From positions 53,816,001 to 53,880,000 of the forward strand of contig NC_043015.1 of NCBI RefSeq assembly GCF_006345805.1: a stretch of 64,000 nucleotides of DNA, read 5' to 3'. This document shows positions 26,670-40,984 of this stretch, in pieces; the first letter of the stretch is position 1, and every line of letters begins with the position of its first letter. Origin of the DNA: Octopus sinensis (taxonomy: Eukaryota). The notes below the pieces were generated by a model that saw nothing but the letters and a program-made list of their open reading frames with translations, was not told where the DNA came from and did no database searches. Position numbers and translations under genes: made by a program.

Positions 26670-27936
26670 TGTTGGGTCATCCTATAAAGAATGCGGTGTT
26701 TTCGGTTGCAGGAACCAGAGAAGGACGGGATAAACTACTTGCATCCACTTGCTATAAAAGCAGGTAGAAATTTTACCTTGTACTTATTCTTAGTCCAAGT
26801 TTTGAAGAGTGCAGTTCGATTTTGACAGCTATTTTTTTTTTCAAAGCTGTGACAAAGGAGCATATTCGGCATATTCTGCTTTATGAGTTAAATAAAGGCA
26901 ACACTGCAATGGAAAGTGTGAGAAATATAAATGCCGTATAAGTGAATCGGTCAATAAGCGTAAGCCAGTGTCAGCGGTGGTTCTAGAAATTCTGAGCCGG
27001 AAACTACAGTCTAGAATACGAACCTCGTCATGGAAGATCTGTAGAGCCCGACGAAGATGTTCTGTAAACCCTGGTGGAACAAAATCCCATCGTAACTGTT
27101 GAGGAACCAGGAGAAAAGCTTGGATTTGGTCATTCAACCATTCATTGAGAACCTGCGTGCCATCGGAAAAATCAACAAATTGAGTCAATGGGTTTCTCAC
27201 AAACTTTCCGAGTATAATCGTGCGCAGAGAATGAATGTGTGTTCTTCTCTGCTGTCGCGTCTCGTGAATTAATCTTTTGTGGATCGAACAGTGACTGGTG
27301 GCGAGAAATGTGAAGCGCCAAAAACAGTGGGTAGAGAAAGGATAAATAAATACCGGCACCCCAAACTAAAGATGGTTTACACCCACGTAAGGTGTTGTTA
27401 TATGTTTGGTGGGTTATGAAATGTTTAATCCACTTTGAACATTTAAACCCAAACCAAACGCTAACAAAGAAGATTTACTGCGAGCAGCTGAAGTGGCTTA
27501 AGTCAGTGCTAGAAGAAAAACGACCATCTTAGGATTCAAGACGAAAGATGTCTTTCCATCATGATAACGCTCGGCCACTTACAGCGAGAATGACATTCCA
27601 AAGATAGGCACAGTTGGAATGGGAAACGATGCGCCACCCACCATATTCGCCGGACAATGCCCCCATCTGATAATCATTTACTCTGGAGTTTTCAAAATCA
27701 TTTCGTAAGAAAAAATATGAATTCTGTAGAGGTGGTCAGGACTGGAGGAGTATTTTATGTGACAGTCAAGTGAATTTTGGAAGCAGAGCCTTACATCACT
27801 ACCAGATAGGTTGGAAGACCATCGTAGTAAATGAAAGAGAGTATATTTTAGATTAAAAAAGAACTTTGTTTATATTTATCTTGAAGTATAAAAGAAGTTT
27901 CTTAAAAAGGGGCATTTTTTATGGGATGACCCAATA
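26670..27936 (+). pseudogene. Near full-length degenerate mariner transposon (about 1.26 kb)
   Basis: TIRs ttgggtcatcctataaagaatgc / gcattttttatgggatgacccaa flanked by TA. Disrupted transposase KEHIRHILLYELNKG..QWVSHKLSE..VTGGEK..FHHDNARPLTA..HPPYSPDNAPSDNHL. Confidence 0.92.
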
Positions 27937-27996
27937 TATATTTGTTTGAGTGTGTCTATGCGTGTGTTTAAGTATGTATGTATGTATGCAAGTAAG

Positions 27997-28030
<34 letters not shown>

Positions 28031-28063
28031 TGTATGTATGTATGTATGTATGTATGTATGTAT

Positions 28064-28520
28064 AGTCAGGTTACTTTCAAGTGCTACTGGTAACATGTAA
28101 CCCAGTACAACCTGTTGCATGGTCGGGTCGTTGGAGACTAAACCGGCAACCCCACCAAACTTGCTTGGTGAGGAGGGTGTTTATTGGACACCCTGCGGGA
28201 TGAAAAACAAAACCCGTCAAAGGGCGGAGGAACTCTTGAGAGTCACCGGCCATCCAATAAATGTCTTAAGGTTGTATCATGCGCTGGGACATAGAAATAA
28301 TCGGACTGAATACCCGATAGCGCGGTTAAACCATTGGGAGTGAAGGACTCCTAGCCTGTGTTAGGGCATTCTTTTAGGAGAAGATAACTCAGGTAACTGG
28401 GATAACTCCGACATAAAAATCTGCGGCTCAGTGGTTACTGATGATGTTGACTTGTTCTTCTTTTCGGATTATAGCTGCTGCTGCTTAGTGAGTGGGATTG
28501 ACTCAGTGCACAGTCTTTCC
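28064..28520 (+). mobile_element. Non-coding 5' region of a probable RTE-type LINE
   Basis: GC-balanced interspersed repeat with a second partial copy at 37578-37700. It begins with an HDV-like ribozyme fold. The clade assignment is inferred from that fold. Confidence 0.5.
28067..28146 (+). ncRNA. Partial HDV-like (delta-like) ribozyme fold lacking the P1 5' strand
   Basis: P2 caggt/accgg (1 mismatch), P3 tac/gtg, L3 tttcaa (ctctcga in copy 2), P1' ctact, GG, P4 hairpin catgtaac/gttgcatg, J4/2 CTAA. Confidence 0.5.
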
Positions 28521-28619
28521 TCACATAAAAAAAAAAATCTTCTTGCACAGGCATTGCACGATAACAACATTATTTAAGCTTCGTGCAATGACCATACTCG
28601 ATAACGTGGGGACAGCCAC

Positions 28620-28836
28620 CATGTATGTATGTATGTATGTATGTATGTATGTATGTATGTATGTATGTATGTATGTATGTATGTATGTATGTATGTATGT
28701 ATGCATGTATGTATGTATGCATGTATGTATGTTATATATATATATATATACATGCATGTATGTATGTATGTATGTATAGATAGATAGATATATAGATAGA
28801 TAGATATGTAGTTAGATAGATAGATAGATAGATAGG

Positions 28837-28912
<76 letters not shown>
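28620..28912. repeat. (TATG)n and (TAGA)n microsatellites
   Basis: Direct inspection. Confidence 0.95.
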
Positions 28913-28919
28913 AAAGGCG

Positions 28920-29080
28920 TATGTCGATTAGATCGATTCCAGTATTCAACTGGTATTTATTTTATCAACCCCGAAAAGATAAAAGGCAAAGTCGACCTCG
29001 GCGGAATTTGAACTCAGAACATGAAAGTCGGACGAAATGCTGCTAGGCATTTTGTCCGGCGTGCTAACGATTCTCCTAAA
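28920..29080 (-). mobile_element. SINE family B
   Basis: ccgaaaagataaaaggcaaagtcgacctcggcggaatttgaactcagaac..ggcgtgctaacgattct matches 14800-14960. Confidence 0.8.
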
Positions 29081-29335
29081 CAAATTTACATTAATCTGAA
29101 GGGGAATTCTATACTTTTGGTAAGTACGGATTTCTTATCCACTGATTTGGAAGTTTCCGCCACCTAAGCCTTCATTGGATGATGGCTTAGCTGGATGGAA
29201 CTTCGATGTCACTGTCAATGATATACTTGTTAAAGAATACTACAAACACACATACATACATGCGTACATAAATACGTACATACAGACTGACAAAGAGACA
29301 AACAGACAGACAGACAGACAGATAGACAGATAGAT

Positions 29336-29387
<52 letters not shown>

Positions 29388-29388
29388 G

Positions 29389-29419
<31 letters not shown>

Positions 29420-29448
29420 GGTAGATACATAGATAGTTAGATAGGTAG

Positions 29449-29489
<41 letters not shown>

Positions 29490-29670
29490 TGTGCGTGTGT
29501 GTACGTATTTACGTATGTGTGTGTTTGTGTATATATTTTTATAGTGTCTGAATGAAGGTCTGGATGTGAGGGTTGAAGTATTTTGAGGTGAATCAACGAT
29601 TCGTTTTATTGGTGGATGTTGTTGTATCAGGAGCTATAAAGACCGGTGTGTCATGTGGTCGCCTACATAA

Positions 29671-29723
<53 letters not shown>

Positions 29724-29839
29724 TATATATATATACACCACTAACAAACATATATATGAGCCTAAAGAGCGTAGGCAAAGGTAAAAGAATAAATGAATGT
29801 AAAAAACAAGGAAATATCTGGAGAAAAAAATCAAACGGG

Positions 29840-30010
<171 letters not shown>

Positions 30011-30469
30011 TGTAAAGATAAAAGCGAAGTAATTGTCTGCTGAGGTTGTATGTATAATTAATGCCTGTGGCTGGAGCATAGCTCCACCCCCAGCCTCGTT
30101 CTGAACTAACAAACAGTTGATTTAGGATTGAATCATGGTGATACGATGGTAATAAATGTCTGGGAGAGAAAGAGAAGGGAAGCGTAGACGTAGAGGGTGG
30201 AGGTGAGGGGTGAGGTTGCGTGAATGAAAGAAAGAGGGAGAGAGAGAGAGGGGGGAAAGATAGTGAGAAAGAGAGAGATGGGAATGGAGAGGGAGAGAAA
30301 AAGGTGGTGCCGGGTCGTTGAAGTCAGACATTTTACACGTATATGAAAATAGAATACATATGAATATTACATACGCCCGCATACACACGCATGCACACAT
30401 ACATACACACATGCACAGACACACACGCACGCACACAGACGTACACGCACGCACATACACATGTATTGA

Positions 30470-30875
30470 AATGAGATATTCTTTTATTCTTTCACTTGTT
30501 TCAGTCATCTGACTGCGGCCATGCTGGAGCACCGCCTTTAGTCGAACAAATCGACCCCAGAACTTATTCTTTGGAAGCCTAGTACTTATTCTCTCGATCA
30601 ATTTTGCCGTACCGCTATGTTACAGGGACGTGAACACATCAAGATCGGTTGTCAAGCAATGTTGGGGCGGGAGCAAACACACACACACAAACACACACAC
30701 ATATATATAGATATATATATATACGACGGGCTTCTTTCAGTTTCCCTCTATCAAATCCACTCAAAAGGCTTTGGTCGGCCTAAGGCTATGGTAGAGAACA
30801 TTCACCGAAGGTCCCACGTAGTGGGTCTGAACCCGGAACCATGTGGTTGGTAAGCAAGCTACTTACCACATAGCC
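30470..30875 (-). mobile_element. SINE family A, near-complete inverted copy
   Basis: Tail cagtcatctgactgcggccatgctggagcaccgcctttagtcga, internal (CA)n/(TA)n, head ..gaacccggaaccatgtggttggtaagcaagc. Confidence 0.85.
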
Positions 30876-31764
30876 GATATATAATTATATTTAGGAATAT
30901 AACTATATACAAACATATACACACACACATATATATCCATCCATCCATCTCTCTCTCTATATATATATATATGTATGTATATACATGTGTGTGTGAGTGT
31001 GTGCGTACGTGTCTGTGTATAATTATAACTACATGTAGATATATGTGTGAGCGTGTGTGTGTGGTTGTATTCATTATGTTTCTCTATTTTATCATTAATT
31101 CAATCTCTCTGGTTTATCAATTGAGTTATTTATATGTTTATGTTGTTGCTGTTGTTGTCATTCTTTAAACCCCAAGGCAGCCATTGATTGATCAAGCTTA
31201 TAATGGAAGGCATTCCAACAGTCACATCGTCCCATTTTTCTTTTTTTCTTTTTGATGTTTCTTAGTGGAAGGAAGATGGCATAGCTCGCATTAAATTTTC
31301 CGAGACGTCCTTTCGTACTTTAACACGACAATAGGGTAATATTAATGACTTGTAAGCACATGGTATTTCGTTATACAACCATATAAGGTTATTACCAAAA
31401 TTATATTGAAATATTGTTGTGTTTAGGGAGAGCCTTTACGCCAATACAAAAAGGAAATATCAGAAATATATATGTGTATATTCGAACACAAAAATATACT
31501 TATATATTCGAATATTGTAAGAGAGCCATAAAATGCGTAATCTTTGGGCTCAACTCCAAAATTCTTAAGTAACGTGAAGAATACATCACAAATCGTAGTA
31601 CAATGAACGAAATGTTATCGACCATCGAAGTAACTTTGGCTTTCATGCCAATCGTGTCCTATCTAAGGAGCACCAAGAGTGATGTGCTAGAGCAGAGCCA
31701 AACTGTTTATATATTGTATTTTATACCAGCCATTGTCAAACGGACGAATATCAAGATTATTGAT

Positions 31765-31990
31765 TCTAGCACGGCGAGATGGCAGAATGGTTATCACACC
31801 GGGCAAAATGCTTTGCGGTATTTCGTCCATCTTCGCGATCTGAGTATAAATTCTGCCGAGGTCCACTTTGCTTTTCACCCTTTCGGGGTCGATTAAATAA
31901 GTTCCAGTTACACACTGGGATCGATGTAATCAACTTAATCCCTTGCCAAAAATTGACGCCTTGTGCTTCCAGTAGAAAGGGTTAGTAATT
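31765..31990 (+). mobile_element. SINE family B
   Basis: Head ggcgagatggcagaatggttatcacaccgggc..ctgagtataaattctgccgagg, body gcttttcaccctttcggggtcgattaaataagttccag. Confidence 0.8.
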
Positions 31991-31999
31991 GATTCCCAA

Positions 32000-32200
32000 G
32001 GCGCCTGGCTTAGAGGTTAGGGTATTCCACTTAAGATCGTATAGTAGTGAGTTCGATTCCAGGTGACCCATTGTGTTCTTGAGCACGACACTTTATTTCA
32101 CGTCGCTCCAGTTCACTTAGCTGGCAAAAAAGCGCAAGTACTTATATTTCTAAGGACCAGTCTCATCACGTAATACGCTGAATCTAAGCGAGAACTACGT
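32000..32200 (+). mobile_element. SINE family C
   Basis: ggttagggtattccac..gagttcgattccagg..ttgtgttcttgagcacgacactttatttcacgtcgctccagttcac matches 7400-7540. Confidence 0.65.
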
Positions 32201-32760
32201 AACGGTTACACTTGATTGTCGAGTGCTCACTATTTGAACGTTTATTTTCGTCCACCGATTCAACTTGAACCCTCGTTGTCATAACTGGCGTAGTGCAAGT
32301 TAATTGATTGGCGGTATAGAAAGCAAGCACGCTGCTGCCTGTTACCCTGGTATTTGATCTAACATTCTCGATATCAACCTGACGATTGTTTGAATGAACA
32401 TCTGTCTTGTTTCGGCTGATTGGTATTGGTGAATCTATATCGATCAAGTCACCATGACCTCTTCACGACTTCCAGCTTTCTTTTAAAGGGTCCGACGTCC
32501 GACAGAAAACGGCAAATGTCATTCATAGACACGCACACAAACACACACACACACACAAATACACACCCAGACATGCACTCACACATGCACACTCTCATGT
32601 ACACACACTTATAAACAGAAACACGCATACGTACATATTCATGCAAATATAGACACACATATATACAACACATACACACATATATATTCGATCGTGAGTG
32701 TCTGCTTTATAAAATATATCTAGACATATTCAAGCAATGATACGAAATACCGATGCATAA

Positions 32761-32826
<66 letters not shown>

Positions 32827-33042
32827 TGTGTGTGTGTGTGTGTGTGTATTGTGTGTGTGTCTGTGTGTGTGTTGTGTGGTATGTATGTATGTTTGTTTGA
32901 TATATTGTATATAATTGTATGTCTTATGCACAATTGTATGTTTGTTTATTATATATTTCTCTATCGCTTTGTATACATCCTTTTCAGAGAGCTCCAACAA
33001 AAATCTCTTTTGTTTCTTGCTGATATATATGTATAAACATAT

Positions 33043-33075
<33 letters not shown>

Positions 33076-33085
33076 TATATTATAT

Positions 33086-33116
<31 letters not shown>

Positions 33117-33129
33117 CATACATATATAT

Positions 33130-33177
<48 letters not shown>

Positions 33178-33443
33178 CATGTGTAATATATATATATATA
33201 TATACATATATATAATATATACATATATAATATATTTGTATTTATATTTATATATATATATACATACATACATACATGTATATGCATATAAATGCTATAC
33301 TGTATATACATAAATACATATATAATTATACACAAACACATATTAATATATATACAGAGGCACGTAGATAGATACATAAATGGATACAGACATAATCACA
33401 GAACACCACACACACTTGTACACACACACACTTGTACACACAC

Positions 33444-33494
<51 letters not shown>

Positions 33495-33596
33495 GATACA
33501 ACATACATACATATTGTCAGTTTCACATTTCGCCTTTCCAAGTTAAGCTGCTTGAAAGAAAACATTAAACATAACAACATCGACAACGATAATAAA

Positions 33597-33659
<63 letters not shown>

Positions 33660-34959
33660 TCGCATACACATACACTGAAATAACCTGAAAATCTCTGATG
33701 TTTTATTTGCCTGAGGTTAAGCGCAAACACAGAAGTTGTTCAACTTTCTGGTTGGGGGTTCGCTGCATCATTCTGTGACGTGGTTTAAGGGTATGTTCCA
33801 GATAGACAGGTGGTCCTGTTAATTAGAACCGTATTGTTGTTTCATACAAATAAATGCAGCTTCCATACGTGTTCTCAGATGCGAAAGATTTGACGTTGTT
33901 TTTTTTTTGTGTGTTGTCGTTGCTGATGTTATTTTTTCTACTTTTTTTTTGCAATCCTTATTTTATCAAAAACTCTCTCTCTCTCTTGCGATCTTTCTTT
34001 CTCTCTCTCCCTCTCTCCCTCTCTCTCTATCTCTCTCTCTCTCACACACACACACACAAACACACATACAAACACACACACACTCCATCTCTCTCTTTCT
34101 CTCTCAAACCAAGGTATACAGTAGAAAAGATTCTGATGGTAAAAGTTCTTTTATTTTTTATCATTTCTCCAGTAAGGGCTTTTGTTATTTTATATAAGCA
34201 CACATAAACACACACTAATATTTAAACATGCACACACACATATATATATAAATCTATATATAAATATACATATATATATGTAAATGTGTATTTATATACA
34301 TACATATATATATGTATATGTATACATATTGATTGTATGCTGTGTGTCTGTATATATGTCTGTATATATACATATAGATATGTACATAAATGTATGCATA
34401 TATATGTATTATTATATATATATAATTATATATATATATATATGTATATGTATGAGGGTGTGTTGTATGCTTTGTGTCTGTGTGTATGTGTATATATACA
34501 TATAGATATGTACATAAATGTATGCATATATATATATGTATATATGTATGTGTGTGTGTTTGTAAATATACACGCACTCGTGCACACACATATACACATA
34601 CCCCCCCCCCACACACACACACACATACACACTGACACACACGCACTCTCTCTCTCTCATACACACAAATATATTGCTTTTTCATCTTTTTTCCTGTGGT
34701 AAATGTTTTTTCCTTAGAAATTTTCTTGAAGACTTTAACCTTCTTCTTACAACCATTAAGAAGAGCGAGACAGACAGAGATAGACAGAGAGAGACAGAGA
34801 GAGAGAGAGATAGAGAGAGACAGAGAGAGAAATAGAGACAAAATGCGAGAAAACAGAGAGAGAGAGAGGGAGGAGCAGAGATAGATAGAAACTATGATAG
34901 TAAAGGAGAAAGGAGATAATGAGATAGATAAATAGAGAGCCCGAGAGAGAAGATATTTA

Positions 34960-37130
34960 GATAGTGGTAGAGAGAGACGAAGAGGGATCTCTATTTGCTG
35001 TTTAGATTCTTTCTTTCTTTCTTTCTTCTTCTCTTCCTTTGTTTCTTTGTTTCTTACCATCTTTATATTTTATTTCAGTTTTTCTCTCCTTTCTTCTTTC
35101 ATTCAGTTTTCTATCTTACGGTATTATCTCTTACTTTCCAGAGTTACGTTTCTATCACTTCTTTATCTCTATTTCCCTCATTCGTTCCTTTATCCTTTCT
35201 AAATCTCTATAATTCTCTCCATCTCCCATTTTTTTTCATTCATTTCCATTCTAAAATTCTCTTTGTCATTCTTTCTATCCCATATTTCTCTTTTCCTTTC
35301 TTTGGTCCTTTCATAAATTCATTCATTCATCTCAATTTTCATTCATCATTTTAGTTGTTCATATTTTCCTTCAATAATTCATATTTTAGTTCATTTGTCT
35401 TTCTGTTTTCTATCCTTCTTTCAGTTTTGTCTACTCTCTTTATTTTTATTTCAGTTTTCTATCTCTTCTGTTTTACTTCTTTATTTTCCCTTCTTTTTCT
35501 CTCATCTATCAATTTGTAATCTTTCTTTCTGTTTTTCTATTTTACTCCCAGGTCTCCTATCTTACATTTCACTCTTTCTGTATTTCTGATCTCTTATTTT
35601 ATATTTTTGCTTTTCTGTCGTCTGTTTCTGTCCTTTTCCTGTTTTTTTTTCTGTTTTATCCTCACGCTTTTCTTTCGTAGACTTCTGTTATCTATAGTTT
35701 TCCTGTTTTTGCATTTCACCTTCATGCTTCCCTATCGTTGACATGCTGTTTATATTTCTAACTGTTTTCAATTTATATTTCTGTTGCCTTTCTTCAACTC
35801 TGTTTTTCCATTTTCCATACATGATTTTCCTTTATTCTTGCATTCCATGCTTCTGTCTTATTTTAATTACTCCTCTTCCGGTTTTCTGTTTTCTCGTCCT
35901 GTTTTTCTATTTCAATGTTTCCCTATGTGAGCATTGCTGTTTTTATTTCATTCCATTTTCTATTTTTGTTATTCTGTTTTCAATTCTACATTTATGACTT
36001 ATTTTTCTGTTTTTAGTATTCTATGTTTCTGTTTTAATGTCTCCTCTTCCGGTTTTATGTTTTCTCTTCCTGTTTTTCTATTTCATAGCTGTTTTTATTT
36101 CGTTCCGTTTTATATTTTCTTTTTTTGCATTTTCTCTTTTCAGTTCTACATTTACGACTTATTTTTCTGGTTCTTTTTTTTTTGTATTCTATGTTTCTGT
36201 CTTAATGTCTCCTCTTCCGGTTTTCTGTTTTCCCTTCCTGTTTTACTATTTCAGCTCTTCCCTGTGTCAGCCTTGCTGTTTTAATCTCGTTCCGTTTTCT
36301 ATTTTCTATTTTTGTATTTTCTGTTTTCATTTCTACATTTATGATTTATTTTCGTTTTTTTTTTGTATTCTTTGTTTCCGTTTTCATGTCTGCTCTTCTC
36401 CTTTTCTGTTTTCATCACCTCTTTTCTATTTTATCTTCAGGCTCTCCTACGTTAGCATTGTATTTTTATTTCGTTCACCTTTCTATTTTCATTTTTGTAT
36501 TTTCTGTTTTCAATCCTACATTTATCACTTTCTGTTTTCCTACCCTATGTTTCCGTTTTCATGTCTCCTCTTCCGGTTTTCTGTTTTCTCTTCCTATTTT
36601 TCCCTTTTATTTTCATGTTTCTCCATATCCCCATCTATGCTTTCTGTTTTCCCTATTTCTTTCAGTTTTCCTATTTTCTATTTCTTTATTCTTATTTAAT
36701 CTGCCTTTTTCTTCAATTTATTCTTTATATCTTTGTCATTTTCAATATTATTATAGTACTTTGTTTTAATTTCTCATCTTTCTCCTTCTAATAATTTTGC
36801 TCTTTTCAAGCCCTTCTTTCTATTCTTCTAAATTTCCTTTTCCTGCCTTATTTTTATGCTTTCTATGATATATGATATTTTGTACGTTTTCCTCTTTTCT
36901 GTTTTACCTCCTGATTTCCTGAAATTCTCATTTTCGAACTCATCTCTCAGCTTTCCTATATTTCTATGTTCTGTCTTACCTTTCTGCATTTTTCTATATC
37001 TGTCATTGTTTCTGCCTTTCTCACTTTCTTTTCTTCACTCTAACAGCCTCTCTTTCATATTTCCTTATATATCTCTTTTTGTCTTCATTCTTCCATTTTT
37101 TCACTTTATTTTATTTCTGTCGCTCGCATA
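34960..37130. repeat. Roughly 2.2-kb T/C-rich tract containing a degenerate tandem repeat of about 170 bp (x5, 35820-36660)
   Basis: Anchor tcctcttccggttt at 35871, 36042, 36210, (36391 variant) and 36566, giving periods of 171, 168, 181 and 175. Confidence 0.8.
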
Positions 37131-37577
37131 TCCAACCTTAAACAAATTACGAAACTATTCCTCGTCGATTCTTGCTTTAGAAATAAGTCATTTAAACGTT
37201 TAAAATCATTCAATCGTTCGTCGAGAGAAATAAATTTCAGCGAGTTGATTTGCTGCAGTGTGTAAAAAAATGTAATCTTTTTGACATTGTTCAACTTCAG
37301 GTTGAATTTAAAATATAGAGACAGGCTAATTACATCCATCAAGACGAGAATACAAAATGGATGTGGTATAATACGGAGCAAAGAGGAAAGTAAGAAAGAG
37401 AAAATGTGAACAGTGTGGAATGCTCTATAATTAGTGATGTGGGTTATGAAGTGAAAAGGAGGACTTGTTATATACACGTGAGGTTCAGATGCCGTGCTAC
37501 TGCGGACATGCATTTTTGGTAATGTTGGCAAGTATGCTACGCGAAGAGCAGACCGCAGCTGGATGACTGTTAGCAAT

Positions 37578-37700
37578 CATGAGTTCCTCCGCCTTTTAAC
37601 GCTCTCGAGTGCTACTGGTAACATGTAACTCATCACAACTGTTACGTTTTCGGGTCATCGGCGACTAATCTGGCAACCCAGACAAGCTTGTTTGAAGATG
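37578..37700 (+). mobile_element. Second, 5'-inverted fragment of the RTE-like 5' repeat
   Basis: gtgctactggtaacatgtaac..gactaa..ggcaaccc matches 28081-28152. The preceding gagttcctccgccttttaacg is the reverse complement of 28216-28236. Confidence 0.7.
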
Positions 37701-37771
37701 AGCATGTATGTGTGTGTGTGGAGAGAGAGACAGATATAGATAGATAGAGAGACAAATAGATAGATAGATAG

Positions 37772-37810
<39 letters not shown>

Positions 37811-38309
37811 TAGATGTATAGAGGGATTGATTTGGACGGATGGATAGCTAGACAAATATATGTGTGTGCCTGTGTGCATATGTGTGTGTGTGAGTGAGTG
37901 TGCATGCATGGAGAGGATTTGGCTGCTATATCTAGTCCGTCAGCCGATCCCATGGTGCTACAATCATCGGCTCGTATCGTCGGACATGGTTTTATACGAA
38001 ATTTTTAAAAGACGTTGTCTTCAGACAACAGAATGGAAAAACGCATAAAACGCGTCTCTGAACCAATAAATATGCAAAACCCTTAAAAACGTGGCTTAGG
38101 TAATTTTGTTTTGATGTTGGAAAACAAAATTCAAATCAGATACATTTGTTTCTTTGTAAGAAAGGAAATATTTCTTCGTACCAAGAATACTAAGTACGCA
38201 AAAAGAAAGCGAAACACGCAAACATAGACACACATACACAGACACAAACACATACCCATACATATACACATACACACATATGCATATATACACATATAAA
38301 TATGTATGA

Positions 38310-38342
<33 letters not shown>

Positions 38343-39268
38343 TGTGTATATATACACCGATATATACGTTTGCCTTATATTTTGTCCCGGATTCAACTGT
38401 TTGATTACACAATGGGACATGAAGAGGGAATAGAAGACGAATTGAAAAGTGTAGCTGTACAGTATGCGAACACACAATCACGCATACACATACTCAGACT
38501 CTCAATAATACACACACATATGAATTGACCAGATAAGAGAAGTGAGAGAATAGATGCTCATTCCGTTTCTTGATAATAGTTACGTTACCTGTGTAAGTTA
38601 CATGAGCAACATCACCTCATCCACCACGCATATGTAAATAAATGCACACACACATACAAAAACATATACACAAACACACATATTGCTCTACATATAATTT
38701 GGCTGTAATATAATTATCAAGTGCGTGTGTGCGTGTTTACGTATATACTGTATCAAAAATTCATAATTTCGAACCCCTCCCCAAGGTCATTTGGTTACAT
38801 AAACACTAAAAGCGAAATTTGTTTTCCTTGTCCTCATGATGGGAAATATATTTTAGTCAATTGGACAGTTTCATATTGGCAATAACGATTGGATTTTGCT
38901 TCATTGCAAGAATTCTCATAATATGTAAGGTATTTTTCTCCTACATCCATCGCTTACACACAGCCTTCTCACACACACACGCTCTCACAATTTATCTCTC
39001 GCTCTTCTTCACCCAGTTCCCTTCACCCTTACCTACATCCCAGTCCATAAAGGCTTTCATAACAGCGATTACCACCTGAATGCGAGAGATGTGGTTCCAT
39101 GGCTAAAAGGAGAAATGAAAATGATACAACTAAGGAAGGATTAGGGGCAACATTTATGGTTTAGACAGTGTTTTTATTCTCAGATAGCTGTTGCTGTATA
39201 AATGCATATATACGCCCTCATACACCTTTACACAAGCATAGCATATATATATATTATATATATATATA

Positions 39269-39307
<39 letters not shown>

Positions 39308-39489
39308 ATATATGTATATATGTATATATATATATATATGTAATATATATATATATATATACATACATATATACATATATACACACATGCAGCCAGACAT
39401 ATCTATGAATATTGATCAATAGAGATAGATGGATGATATATATATATATATTATATATATATATATCGCGAGAGAAAGACAGAGAGAGC

Positions 39490-39550
<61 letters not shown>

Positions 39551-40292
39551 GGAAAGAGAGGAAGAGAAAGAGAGAGACAGAGGGATGCAGTAGACAGACA
39601 GACTGAAACGAAGCAAATATTATAGAGCTTGTGTAGAAGATGATTGCATACAATAAATAAATGATTATATAGTAAGACACACATATAAATAAATACGGAA
39701 ACGTGTGGAAGGTACGGAAAAAGCTACATAGCTGTATGACTAAATAAGATAGACGACTTGGTTAAATAGATAAATATATAGTTCGATATATTCGCTTAAA
39801 TGAGTCAATAAGCACGTGAAAAAAATACAAAAACAAACAATAAAGTAAGAAAAAGCAAAGTAAAAGTAACCACGTATTTATAACCTGATAAATGAGAATT
39901 GTGTGCGAATCAGTTTTAAGCAAAATGCTCAAACGGTGTTATCAAATTTTGCCTAAAAGTATCTGAAATAATTATCCGAAATTACAGAGTTTTTTCCTTT
40001 TTATTTTTTTTTATTTTCGGTACACCAGGTCAAGACATCTAATACTGAAATACTTCACAAACATCCAAATCTCAGTGAAGGTCAGAGGTTGTGAGCACTT
40101 ATAGTGTATTTATAAACGGTGTTATTTTCTGGTTTTACTATGTTTAATGAAAGGGTATATATACACGAGTGTATGTTGTTATAGATTTTTACGCATTAGT
40201 TGCGATCCAGTTCGTTTCTATACAAACGGAAAGGGGAAAAATAGAAAATCATAATAATAATAATAATGATAATAATAATGATAATAATAATA

Positions 40293-40334
<42 letters not shown>

Positions 40335-40489
40335 GAAAGCAAAACTAAACAATAATAACAGCCTCGTTCTGGAAGTGCATTTTCACAATGGCGTTTATGT
40401 TGCGTATATTAGTGTTATTAAATGAACACATAAGTAGACACGCACATACATACACAAACACACACATATTTATATACATACATATATAT

Positions 40490-40525
<36 letters not shown>

Positions 40526-40984
40526 GTACGTATACATATATATGTATGTATACACATTAACATACATGTATGTATACAAATATACTCCACACACATATAT
40601 AAGTATTTATGTATGTGTGTGTATGTATCTGTGTGCATGTATGTGCGCATATAATACTCAGCTTCTTGATTACACTCTCCTTTGCAAATTCCGCTTTGTG
40701 CTATCTGTCACCCCCTCCTCCACCCAAACCCCAACCACCTCACCTAAAGCCTCCATTTTTATCCTTATAGAAGAATAAAAGCTAGCACGACCTGCTAGGC
40801 CTAAAAAGCATTAGTTCCTTGGCCCCTAAATACATGCAACATTTTATATCTAATCCAGGTGATCCCGACTTCGATGCATTATGCGTTCCTTCCTTTTATA
40901 CAAATATCTACAATAGTCGGCCACAAACGTATGAACAATGTGGTCTAGCATTGGGAAAACAATTTTTCCAGCCAATGAGGTACA

